In this document: in pieces, positions 28,331-37,011 of the stretch
Layout of the letters: each line of letters opens with the position of its first letter
How positions within the stretch are numbered: the stretch's first letter is position 1
Assembly (NCBI GenBank): GCA_023411715.1
Contig: JAEYOM010000004.1
Location: 20,351-84,350 of the forward strand
Origin: Bacillota bacterium
GTDB lineage: Bacteria; Bacillota; Clostridia; Acetivibrionales; DTU013
Direction: 5' to 3'
DNA length: 64,000 nucleotides
The notes under the pieces: model-generated
The model's database searches: none
Told to the model about the DNA's origin: nothing
What the model saw: only the letters and a program-made list of their open reading frames with translations
Program-made: the position numbers and the translations under genes

Positions 28331-29623
28331 TCAAAACCTTATCAGTTTTCTTTCCTTCATATACTTAAGTGCGATCATGATACCCAGCTTTACGTGTTCA
28401 TATACCAGGCCGCCCTGCATATAAGCCGTGTATGGCGGTTTCAGCGGAGCGTCCGCGCTCAGTTCAATGGAAGAACCCTGTATAAAAGCGCCCGCCGCCA
28501 TGATAACAGGACTGTCATACCCCGGCATGTCCCAAGGCTCAGGCGTTACGAAGGCGTCTACCGGAGAACCCTTCTGTATGCCCTGGCAGAATGCGATCAT
28601 ACTCTCAGGGTTATTGAACCTGATTGCCTGGATTATATCGCTCCTTTGCTGCTCCGGCTGCGGTGAGGACTCGAATCCCAGACTTTGCATGACAGCCGAG
28701 CAGAAAACGGCTCCTTTCAGGCTCTCCGCAACAACATGCGGCGCCAGGAACAAGCCCTGGAACAACAATCTATTGTTTCCGAGCGTTGCGCCCACCTTTC
28801 TGCCAAGTCCGGGCGTCGTCAGCCTATAAGCCGCATTCTGGACATACTTCTTTTTTCCGACGATATAGCCTCCCGTCGGCGCCAGGCCGCCTCCCGGATT
28901 TTTTATCAGCGAGCCCGCGATTATATCCGCACCCGCCTCTATGGGTTCAGCCGTCTCGACGAATTCGCCGTAACAGTTATCCACCATGACAATCGTCTTA
29001 CTGTTTAATTCTCTTATTACATCGATAACCCTTTTAATTTCCCCTATATTTATCGCCGGTCTCCAGCTGTAGCCACGTGAACGCTGTATCAGCACCATCG
29101 CAGTTTTTGCATTAACGGCTGCCCTGACAGCGTTCAAATCTACCGTACCCTCCGCTGTAAGCTCCACCTGCCTGTATGAAATGCCGAAATCTCTCAGTGA
29201 ACCTGCTCCCTCGCCCCGTAAGCCTATTACTTCTTCAAGTGTGTCATACGGCTTGCCTGTGACCGAAAGCAGCTCGTCTCCCGGCCTGAGGTTTCCGTAA
29301 AGGCATACCGCGAGTGCCTGCGTACCGGCAACTATCTGATGTCTCACCAAAGCATCCTCTGCCTTGAACACCGATGCATAAACGGCATCCAGCACTTCCC
29401 TGCCCCTGTCGTCATAACCGTAACCCGTGGTGCCGCCGAAGTGGGAATCGCTGAGATTGTGTTCCTGCATTGCCGCAATGACTTTGTACTGGTTTATTTC
29501 CCTTACGGCTTCTATATCCCTGAAAGCATCCCTGACATTATTTTCGGCTGTTTCTACTGCTTTGATAATGGCTTCATCTATACCGAACGTATTTTTTAAA
29601 TAATTCTGGTATTCAATATGCAT
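28331..29623 (-). CDS. ynbB: YnbB-type PLP-dependent enzyme (methionine gamma-lyase family, 'aluminium resistance' protein)
   Basis: Start moved to MHIEYQNYLK (29623). HFGGTTGYGYDDRGREVLD...GADIIAGSLIKNPGGGLAPTGGYIVG is typical of the family. Confidence 0.8.
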   Translation of the reverse strand: MHIEYQNYLKNTFGIDEAIIKAVETAENNVRDAFRDIEAVREINQYKVIAAMQEHNLSDSHFGGTTGYGYDDRGREVLDAVYASVFKAEDALVRHQIVAGTQALAVCLYGNLRPGDELLSVTGKPYDTLEEVIGLRGEGAGSLRDFGISYRQVELTAEGTVDLNAVRAAVNAKTAMVLIQRSRGYSWRPAINIGEIKRVIDVIRELNSKTIVMVDNCYGEFVETAEPIEAGADIIAGSLIKNPGGGLAPTGGYIVGKKKYVQNAAYRLTTPGLGRKVGATLGNNRLLFQGLFLAPHVVAESLKGAVFCSAVMQSLGFESSPQPEQQRSDIIQAIRFNNPESMIAFCQGIQKGSPVDAFVTPEPWDMPGYDSPVIMAAGAFIQGSSIELSADAPLKPPYTAYMQGGLVYEHVKLGIMIALKYMKERKLIRF

Positions 29624-29866
29624 ATTCCCGATCCCCTTATGTCGATTGACCGCAGATTTAGCCCGCGTATAATTTCCCAAACGTACCATTTCATTTTATC
29701 CCACTCGGGCAAGCATTTCAAGGAGCTTAAGTAATCTGACCTCCTTAGTGCAGACATTACGGTTATCCATTCTGTGCCATCCGACTTTTCGTATTTCGGG
29801 CTTGCGCCCCTCACGCCCTTGCAATATCCGACCCTCTGCTGTAACATTTAGATACAATATTAAGCA

Positions 29867-30793
29867 ATGGTGGAGAAAATGAGGCTATATCTGACAGTAT
29901 CCCGCGATGATGACAATAAAGAAGCAAAGCATCTGCTCAAGGGAAATTTGCATATCTCTGAGAACCTGATAAAAAAGCTCAAATATTCAGGTAAAATACT
30001 GCTTAATTCCGTGCCTGTGCATGTCAATGCAAGAGTTCATGAGGGCGATCTTCTGGAAGCTTTTATAGAAGCCGATGAATGGAATGAGGATATAGTCCCG
30101 GAACCGCTGGACCTCGATATACTGTTTGAGGATGACAATCTTATTGCGATAAACAAGCCTCCGGACACTGTAGTCCATCCTACCTCGCTCCACCAATCCG
30201 GCACTGTTGCCAACGGGCTCGTGCACCATCTGATGTGCAAGGGCGTCAGAACGCTGGTTCGTCCGGTCAGCAGGCTGGACCGTGATACGTCCGGAATCAT
30301 AATATTTGCGCTCAATCCATACATACAGGAAAACCTGGTCCGGCAGATGCATGAAAAATCATATATCAAGGAATATGTAGGCCTTGTGCACGGTACGATG
30401 AAGGACGCGGCCGGCACGATAGACCTTCCTATCGAAAGGCTTCCCGGCAGTTTAATGCTGCGCCGCGTTTCACCGGACGGTGCGCCTTCCGTCACTCATT
30501 ACGAGGTAATCGAACAGTTTCAGGACGCCGCTTATCTGAAGTTCAGGCTGGAAACCGGCAGGACGCATCAGATACGCGTCCATTGCCAGGCGACCGGCCA
30601 CCCGCTTGTCGGCGACACACTGTATGATCTACCGGCCTTTAACGGCAGACTTGAAGGCCTGATGGGCAGGCAGGCGCTCCATGCGTACAGGACTGTTTTT
30701 ATCCACCCTTATACCAAAAAAGAAATGGAGCTTAAAGCTCCTGTTCCCGCCGATATACTGCACGCGTTGGAAATATTGAGAAATATAAGGTAA
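29867..30793 (+). CDS. RluA-family 23S rRNA pseudouridine synthase (RluD-like, with S4 domain)
   Basis: AINKPPDTVVHP...VSRLDRDTSGIIIFA...GRTHQIRVHC catalytic motifs. Confidence 0.85.
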   Translation: MVEKMRLYLTVSRDDDNKEAKHLLKGNLHISENLIKKLKYSGKILLNSVPVHVNARVHEGDLLEAFIEADEWNEDIVPEPLDLDILFEDDNLIAINKPPDTVVHPTSLHQSGTVANGLVHHLMCKGVRTLVRPVSRLDRDTSGIIIFALNPYIQENLVRQMHEKSYIKEYVGLVHGTMKDAAGTIDLPIERLPGSLMLRRVSPDGAPSVTHYEVIEQFQDAAYLKFRLETGRTHQIRVHCQATGHPLVGDTLYDLPAFNGRLEGLMGRQALHAYRTVFIHPYTKKEMELKAPVPADILHALEILRNIR

Positions 30794-30857
30794 AATTTTA
30801 CTGATTATTCCATTTGTGGTACTATATATCATAGTGAGTTACCAGGGGGGTACCAGA

Positions 30858-31448
30858 ATGGAAGTTCTGAAAGAGAGATACACGATTACCGAGTTAAGCG
30901 AAATGCTTCAGCTAACCGACCATGCCTTGAGGTTTTATGAAAAGGAATTTGAATTGACAGTTCCGAAGGACGAACGCGGAAGGCGCTATTATACTGCCGA
31001 TCTTGCAAATATGATGTACAAGATAAAAGTCATGAGGTCCGAAGGTCTGGAAATAAAGGCCATTAGAAAGATCCTGCAGGATGAATCGGCCTTTGTTATA
31101 CCTCAGGCTGCACCGGACGCCAGTCCTTCCGCTCTCACAGTTCCGGATAATAAGGAATATGAAGCTATCCAGTTGATTTTCAACGAAATAGGAAAACAGC
31201 TTACAAAAGAGCTTTCATTTGAAATCGATTCCGCCAGGGAGCACCTGAGCAGGGAGATATCCAAAAGCAAGCTCGAGCTGGGGGCATGTATGGAAAACGG
31301 CATGCGTAGGCTCGAAAACAAAATGGAGAAGCATTATCAAGAAGTTGACAAAGCCCTGGGCGATTGGAGAAACAAGAAAGGCAGGCATTCCCCGAGAGCA
31401 TTTTTCGCGAGACTGTTCAGGCGCAAATATAGTCAGTTAAATCATTAA
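30858..31448 (+). CDS. MerR-family transcriptional regulator
   Basis: Start moved to MEVLKERYTITELSEMLQLTDHALRFYEKEF (30858), a MerR-type HTH. Confidence 0.75.
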   Translation: MEVLKERYTITELSEMLQLTDHALRFYEKEFELTVPKDERGRRYYTADLANMMYKIKVMRSEGLEIKAIRKILQDESAFVIPQAAPDASPSALTVPDNKEYEAIQLIFNEIGKQLTKELSFEIDSAREHLSREISKSKLELGACMENGMRRLENKMEKHYQEVDKALGDWRNKKGRHSPRAFFARLFRRKYSQLNH

Positions 31449-31632
31449 ACACCCCTTAGTTTAACGCTTATTCTACATATGCCGAATTGGGAAGCTGTTT
31501 TACAGGGCTTTGCAGATGGTAGTTTTCCCAATGCCATTAGGGCCGCAAATAAACAAGAAATACACCAATTAGCTGACCAAAAGCGGTGCCCTACAATATA
31601 TCATTATTGTCAACAGCGGAGTCAAGGCCGGG

Positions 31633-32214
31633 CTAGTTTTTAAACTTCCAAAAGTAAATGATTCTCGGTCCCTTGCTAAATTCAGAACCAGTTCTTGATA
31701 TTTCGATTATTTTCTCTGGTTTTACATTTAAAGTCCAGTCTTCGATGAGCTCTCTATCAATATCTCTATGTGCTCTATGACTTTGTTTTTCTTCTCCGCC
31801 GTCCCAATGATAAGGAAAACTTAAAATCGCCATTTTTGATATTCGCATTACTTCCCTAAATGCCCTACTTTGCTTATTGTCAAGGTGTTCCCACACTTGT
31901 AATGCAATAAACAAATCATATTGCTTGTCCATGATAGGCCAAGGTTTTATTGTAGCATCAAAAGAAAGTACTTTCCCGTAAATTTCTTGAGGTCTACCAA
32001 AAGAGTCTTCTTCGGGGTTCATTATTACATCAGAATTTTTAACTATAGGTAATAATCCAGGCCCTAGTTCCAATACAGTTCTTATCTTTTCGTGCTGGAT
32101 TATTTTTATTACCTCTTTGAAATATTCCCATCTACCAATGTAATAATTACCCCTTGGGCCATTTAATAACTCCTTGTAATCTTCAAATGTCATGATATCA
32201 ATATCAGTATTCAA
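31633..32214 (-). CDS. Putative class I SAM-dependent methyltransferase
   Basis: 193 aa. VLELGPG motif I and DLFIALQVWEHL acidic-loop motif. AT-rich relative to the flanks. Confidence 0.5.
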   Translation of the reverse strand: MNTDIDIMTFEDYKELLNGPRGNYYIGRWEYFKEVIKIIQHEKIRTVLELGPGLLPIVKNSDVIMNPEEDSFGRPQEIYGKVLSFDATIKPWPIMDKQYDLFIALQVWEHLDNKQSRAFREVMRISKMAILSFPYHWDGGEEKQSHRAHRDIDRELIEDWTLNVKPEKIIEISRTGSEFSKGPRIIYFWKFKN

Positions 32215-32356
32215 AGCAAACCCTCCTCTTTATTTTAATTCCGTCGGCGGAGCCCAGGCGCTTATAATGGGCTGCATTTCATATAACATCTCAGTAGTCG
32301 CAACGCCGATGAACTGGACCCCCGGAGCCCTTCTCCCTGGCAGTGCTCGTCACCAC

Positions 32357-32480
32357 GGATGCATGGGCGAGCAGCAGGCTTTGCCTGCGACCAGCCCGGA
32401 TGCATGGGCGAGCAGCAGGCTTTGCCTGCGACCAGCCCGGTTGTATGGGCGAGCTGCAGGCTACTTTATTCCTGTAGTCT
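32357..32480. repeat. REP-A hairpin element, 3 tandem copies (41-nt period)
   Basis: ggatgcatgggcgagcagcaggctttgcctgcgaccagccc at 32357 and 32398 (identical). A diverged third copy from 32439 overlaps the stop of the 32466 ORF. Confidence 0.95.
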
Positions 32481-32729
32481 TCTGGTACATCTGGGGCAAA
32501 CAATTAAATCTTTTGATTTAACTTTCGGATTAAACACAAGCTTACATTCAGGACACCTGTATTGCCTTACAAAACTAACACCTATAGTTAAGATAATGAT
32601 ACCCAAGATAAAACTTAACCAATTTCTGTATACTAAAACTACAACACATGCAATTAATATGACCCAACTACCAATATTTCTATATTTTATTGCTTTTTTA
32701 AATAATAAAATTCGCTCAGCATCATTCAT
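32466..32729 (-). CDS. Small 2-TM protein with a C-terminal zinc ribbon
   Basis: 87 aa. Two hydrophobic helices, then CPECKLVFNPKVKSKDLIVCPRC. Confidence 0.5.
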   Translation of the reverse strand: MNDAERILLFKKAIKYRNIGSWVILIACVVVLVYRNWLSFILGIIILTIGVSFVRQYRCPECKLVFNPKVKSKDLIVCPRCTRRLQE

Positions 32730-32849
32730 ATATACCTTTTCGATTCTTTTTAACTAAGCTATTTTATTCGACCGGCGGCCGGAACCAACGCATCCTCAAA
32801 TTAATTCCTGCTTAATACTTTAAGAATGAAACATTTCAAAAAATATATT

Positions 32850-33635
32850 TCATCTATTGCATTCCAGATACTTCTTTACCAATGGTATTACCTCTTTAGG
32901 ATTTTCCCATAAAGGAAACCCGCCTGCATCTGGGATAACTTTCCTATCAACGAATTTTAATGATTCTTCTAGCATGTCAGCAATTTGTCTAAATTCATCA
33001 AGATCATATATCCCATTATAGATTAATACGGACTGAGTAATGTATTTGAGTTGAGAGTAAACCTCCGGTGCAGGTTTTGGTGTTAATTCACATAACCAGG
33101 GCCTTCCAGTGAAATCATTCACTAATTCCTTCTGTCCTTTTGCATCAGTTTCTTCTTTATGGGTTTGCATATAAGAATACCAGTCTGCATTCTCAAGCCA
33201 ATCGTTAATTGCTTTTTGAACACCTTCTGCTTTTGCAATGTTTTTTGCTCTTGTAATAAGTTCGTTTGTCCTTTTCATTTTAATATCTGGAATTACCGCA
33301 CCTTCTAAGATTAACAATCCGATTAACTCTGGACGTTTAACTGCTATTGCTAATCCTACACCAGTTCCAGTATGCGTTGCCCAATAATATGTGTTTTTAA
33401 TCTGCTCTCTATCTAAAACTTCAATAACATCCTCAGTATATTCAAAACTTCCATACGGTCCACTAATCCCAGCAGAAGTACCATGTCCTCTCAAATCAAT
33501 AAGTAGAAGATTAAAATCATCTGCAAATTCAGTTATAGCATAATTAAAGTAATTACTGTTTTGAGTGAAACCATGTACCAATGTTAACCATGGCTTATTT
33601 TCATTTTCAGTTGAAACTATTTTGTATTTTATCAT
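32850..33635 (-). CDS. Alpha/beta-fold hydrolase
   Basis: Start moved to MIKYKIVSTENENKPWLTLVHGF (33635, RBS AAAGGGGA). Nucleophile elbow ATHTGTG (G-x-S/H-x-G-like). HG oxyanion motif. Confidence 0.7.
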   Translation of the reverse strand: MIKYKIVSTENENKPWLTLVHGFTQNSNYFNYAITEFADDFNLLLIDLRGHGTSAGISGPYGSFEYTEDVIEVLDREQIKNTYYWATHTGTGVGLAIAVKRPELIGLLILEGAVIPDIKMKRTNELITRAKNIAKAEGVQKAINDWLENADWYSYMQTHKEETDAKGQKELVNDFTGRPWLCELTPKPAPEVYSQLKYITQSVLIYNGIYDLDEFRQIADMLEESLKFVDRKVIPDAGGFPLWENPKEVIPLVKKYLECNR

Positions 33636-33680
33636 TCTTCTGTCCCCTTTAAATACTACAAAAACTTTCCCAAAAATAAG

Positions 33681-33700
33681 CGCCTGGATGGCGCATGTTT
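33681..33700 (-). terminator. Small GC hairpin plus U-run inside the hydrolase 5' leader
   Basis: Minus strand GCGCC-AUCCA-GGCGC-UUAUUUUU, 45-65 nt upstream of the hydrolase start. Confidence 0.45.
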
Positions 33701-33731
33701 TTGCGACCAATTTCACTTAACTCTTAGGATC

Positions 33732-33803
33732 GCATATGAAGTTGAGCCAAAACATTGCCAAGAATCAGTCGATTGAACTGACACCTGGCTCAATTTCATA
33801 TGC
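33732..33803. repeat. 18-bp inverted repeat enclosing ~35 nt
   Basis: gcatatgaagttgagccaa ... tggctcaatttcatatgc (one mismatch). Inner hairpin cagtcgattgaactg. Confidence 0.85.
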
Positions 33804-34020
33804 AATTCAGTTGAACGAATCCCTTGATACTTTCTATGGGGATTCAATATATCCAATACTTCTGTGGATTAATGTTTAAATTACCTGACTTATCCTATTT
33901 TATTACACTTTATTCCTTTTAGCAATTAAGCTTTATCTTTATTAAGGTCACAAGGTAGCTTAAGAAAGACAAAAATCTGCCATATCTTGATTTCACCACT
34001 AAAAAAGGGCACACGAATCC

Positions 34021-34155
34021 CTATGCATGTCCTCCAAAACGGGATGTCCAGCATTTTTCTATGGCATCCATTGCCTTTAAATGATGCAGTGGCAATCGAT
34101 GATTTTTTCTGTATTCCTCTCCATATTCACGGAAAATATCTGCCACTTCACTCAT
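34021..34155 (-). mobile_element. Remnant of an IS91-family transposase (N-terminal zinc-binding domain only, truncated)
   Basis: Own translation: MSEVADIFREYGEEYRKNHRLPLHHLKAMDAIEKCWTSRFGGHA-stop. This matches the start of IS91/IS801 transposases (...KAMxAIxxCRTxxLGGH...) and ends before the Cys pairs. Confidence 0.7.
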
Positions 34156-34427
34156 TGCCACATGCCATGACACTTTCCAACGGGCTTGATAGCTTCACTG
34201 AGTCCTGTTGGGCTATGTGTAGGTATACCGTTATATATTATGGTAAACCATTCGTCAAGAATACAAATTGACAGACTGCTAATTGATGGGCAACATACTC
34301 GATATTGGTATCTTATATAATCATATCCCATTGCTGATATTATAAAAAATACCACCCAATCAATTTCGGATGGTATTTTCATATACGGCTTTTTTATTGT
34401 AATTTCTACTAACTTCACTTTAAAATC

Positions 34428-35231
34428 TCAGCTGACCTTCATCTCCAGGCGCAGCTTGTCTGCGACCATTGCTATGAATTCGGAATTGGTGGGCTTGCCC
34501 TTGCCGATGCTGACAGTGTAGCCGAATAATGAATCTATAGCATCTATCTGGCCTCTGCTCCAGGCAACTTCTATCGCATGCCTTATCGCTCTTTCAACAC
34601 GGCTCGGAGTAGTGTTGTATTCACGTGCGATCGACGGGTAAAGCTGTTTGGTAATGGAGTTGATGATATCGAGATCCTTGACTACCATCATGATTGCATC
34701 GCGCAGATACTGGTAACCTTTAATATGTGCGGGGACACCTATCTCATGCATTATGTTCGTGACTTCAACCTCGAGATTCCTCTGAACGGGAACGTGGTAC
34801 GAGGATTTTGTCTCCATCATATGTTCGGATCTGATAACGGAATTGTGGTTGGAATCCTTCAGTTGCCTTATACGAGAAACAAGTACGTCCATGTCGAACG
34901 GTTTTACTATATAATACTCTGCTCCGAGTGCAAGAGCCCTTTGCGTGATTTTATCCTGTCCGACAGCTGAAAGTACTATGAACAGCGGACGCTTCTTAAG
35001 CTGAACGGCTCTCAGTTTCTCCAATACTCCCAATCCGTCAAGATGCGGCATTATAATATCTAGTATGGCAATATCCGGCATCCTTTCGGTGATCAGGTCG
35101 CAAGCTTCATTACCGTCCTTCGCCATACCGACGACTTCAATATCGCCCTGACTGTTAAGGTATTCGCAAAGAATATCACTAAATTCTTTATTGTCATCTG
35201 CTATGACAATTTGTATTTTTCTTTCCAGCAA
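34428..35231 (-). CDS. spo0A: Sporulation master regulator Spo0A
   Basis: Receiver domain ([10 protein letters not shown]...[14 protein letters not shown]) and Spo0A-specific C-terminal DNA-binding domain ([21 protein letters not shown]...[18 protein letters not shown]...[13 protein letters not shown]). TTG start. Confidence 0.95.
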   Translation of the reverse strand: MLERKIQIVIADDNKEFSDILCEYLNSQGDIEVVGMAKDGNEACDLITERMPDIAILDIIMPHLDGLGVLEKLRAVQLKKRPLFIVLSAVGQDKITQRALALGAEYYIVKPFDMDVLVSRIRQLKDSNHNSVIRSEHMMETKSSYHVPVQRNLEVEVTNIMHEIGVPAHIKGYQYLRDAIMMVVKDLDIINSITKQLYPSIAREYNTTPSRVERAIRHAIEVAWSRGQIDAIDSLFGYTVSIGKGKPTNSEFIAMVADKLRLEMKVS

Positions 35232-35375
35232 TCAAATTCCCCCTCCAAATTCATTCATGACAGCTTCATATGATGTCACCATTTTATTTTAGTTTGGAAT
35301 TTTTATCAAGTATTATTTTATCTATAATTCCATATATTGATTGCTTATTAGTTATTTTTTATGCTTTTATATGAA

Positions 35376-35400
35376 GAAAAGGCTTATTATAAGCCTTTTC
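35376..35400. terminator. Perfect 11-bp hairpin (putative bidirectional terminator) between spoIVB and spo0A
   Basis: GAAAAGGCTTA-tta-TAAGCCTTTTC. Confidence 0.5.
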
Positions 35401-35484
35401 ACTTTTTACATCAATCTGTGATTTTTGTATTATATGTCTGTAATTACATTTGATAATTTCCTTGTTTCACCAGTTTATTTCCTA

Positions 35485-35601
35485 CTAAACATCCTATATG
35501 GATGTTTTAGCGGAAATCCGCGCCTTATGGCGCTAAACATCCTCTTTGAATGTTTTAGCGGAAATCCGCGCCTTAGGGCGCTAAACATCCTATATGGATG
35601 T
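35485..35601. repeat. 48-bp tandem repeat (2.4 copies) of alternating hairpins, overlapping the spoIVB stop
   Basis: ctaaacatcc starts at 35485, 35533 and 35581. Unit: ctaaacatcctatatggatgttttagcggaaatccgcgccttatggcg. Hairpins: aaacatcc/ggatgttt and gcgcc/ggcgc. Confidence 0.95.
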
Positions 35602-36876
35602 ATTTTTCAGCATGGTTTCAATAAATATCCCATAACCTCTTGTCGGGTCGTTTACAAGGACATGCGTCACGGCTCCGATGATCTTTCCATTTTGTATGAT
35701 AGGGCTGCCCGACATCCCCTGTACTATCCCCCCTGTCGTACTGAGCAGACGCTGGTCCGTTACCTTTATGATCATGCCTTTTGAACCATTGAGGTTCTGC
35801 CTGGAAACCTTCTGGATCATGATATCGTATTCTTCAATCTTTTTGCCGTCAATATTTGATAGGATAGTTGCAGGACCTTCTGTGATCTCCGCCCTGACAC
35901 CTACAGGATAGAGCTTCCCCGGTATTCTCGCAACAGAACCCCGGTTGATCTTGCCATAAATGCCGATATTGCTGTTTGTTTGTATAACGCCAAGCTTTGT
36001 GCCTTCCGAAAATATGCCTTTCAGTTCACCCGGATCGCCCTGCGTTCCTTTTTTTATACCCAAAATGCTCGACTCCATTATTTCGCCCGATTCCACCGAC
36101 ATAAGCGTGCCTGTGTCTATATCGGTGATTCCGTGCCCGAGCGCACCGAACCTTCCGGTGTTCATATCGTAATAAGTAAGCGTGCCTATACCGGCCGTAC
36201 TGTCCCTTACCCAAAGTCCGATGTGATATTTATTATCATCCGAAGACATTACCGGCGAAACCATTGCGTCAACAGTATCATTACCTGAGCTGTAACAAAT
36301 TTTCAACGGCTGCCCGTCACTCTGCTCAATAATATCTATCAATTCTTCGACACTTGCGATAAGCTTGTCATTGACTGAAACGATTTTATAACCGGGCCTT
36401 ATTCCGCTGTTTCTTACAGGGATTATCTTCTGGCCGTTGTTTACGACGTCGGAAATACCTATTACGAGTATGCCGTCTAGCTTTATCTTGACGCCTATGG
36501 TATTACCGCACGCTACGACCTGTTTGTTCGATACTATATCGACATTTATCGTCTTTACCGGCAGAACACCGAAAAAGCGCAAATTAAGCTTTACACTGCC
36601 TCCTCTGTCCGAACTGATGGATACAGGTTCAGAAATACCGATTGGATTATTTGAAGATTCGAGGTTTTCGCCATTAATTTCAATAATGCCTTCCGTATCG
36701 GCTTTTATGCTGATAGGGAAAATACTGTCTATATTATAGGTATATTCTTCCCCTTCTATCAGTATCATCTCGCCCGGTACGGTTAGCTGGACCTTTATAT
36801 AAGATACTGCTATCGCAGTAAGGGCTGAAATTGCCAAAACAACCAGTGCTTTCCTCAAAAATGTCAGTTTCCTCAT
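35590..36876 (-). CDS. spoIVB: SpoIVB serine peptidase (S55)
   Basis: 428 aa. PDZ region, GIGTLTYYD...GRFGALGH and GMSGSPIIQNGKIIGAVTHV catalytic motifs. Confidence 0.95.
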   Translation of the reverse strand: MRKLTFLRKALVVLAISALTAIAVSYIKVQLTVPGEMILIEGEEYTYNIDSIFPISIKADTEGIIEINGENLESSNNPIGISEPVSISSDRGGSVKLNLRFFGVLPVKTINVDIVSNKQVVACGNTIGVKIKLDGILVIGISDVVNNGQKIIPVRNSGIRPGYKIVSVNDKLIASVEELIDIIEQSDGQPLKICYSSGNDTVDAMVSPVMSSDDNKYHIGLWVRDSTAGIGTLTYYDMNTGRFGALGHGITDIDTGTLMSVESGEIMESSILGIKKGTQGDPGELKGIFSEGTKLGVIQTNSNIGIYGKINRGSVARIPGKLYPVGVRAEITEGPATILSNIDGKKIEEYDIMIQKVSRQNLNGSKGMIIKVTDQRLLSTTGGIVQGMSGSPIIQNGKIIGAVTHVLVNDPTRGYGIFIETMLKNTSI

Positions 36877-36959
36877 TGTTCAACCTCCTGCAAGTAAGTT
36901 AACCTTTTACAAAATCATTTATTCAAACAAATAAATGAACAGGAGGTAAAAATGAATAG

Positions 36960-36989
36960 AAGAAAGAAAATCCGGCGATTAGCCGGATT
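36960..36989 (-). terminator. recN terminator
   Basis: Minus strand AAUCCGGC-UAAUC-GCCGGAUU followed by UUCUUUCUU. Confidence 0.7.
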
Positions 36990-37011
36990 AATCTGTCATT
37001 ATCTTTGTATT

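Noticed and set aside
29690-29760. Purine-riboswitch-like strings (AUGGCAC...ACCGUAAUGUC...CACUA) in the ynbB leader.
   Set aside because: The P1/P2/P3 helices of the purine aptamer cannot be formed, and the conserved junction nucleotides are missing. This is a chance resemblance.
29596-29847. 83-aa minus-strand ORF in the ynbB/rluA-like spacer.
   Set aside because: No RBS, overlaps the ynbB start, and has Arg/Gly/Trp-rich composition unlike neighbouring genes. Treated as non-coding leader.
34152-34418. 88-aa minus-strand ORF and 94-aa + strand ORF (33987..34271) next to spo0A as real genes.
   Set aside because: They overlap each other and the IS91 stub, lack RBSs, and sit in degraded AT-rich DNA. 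They are more likely remnants than functional genes.
35485-35601. CRISPR array, because the 35-nt core begins GTTTTAG and ends CTAAAC.
   Set aside because: The segments between cores are only 13 nt, and two of the three are identical. There are only ~2.4 units and no cas genes in the window. It is a tandem repeat, not CRISPR.
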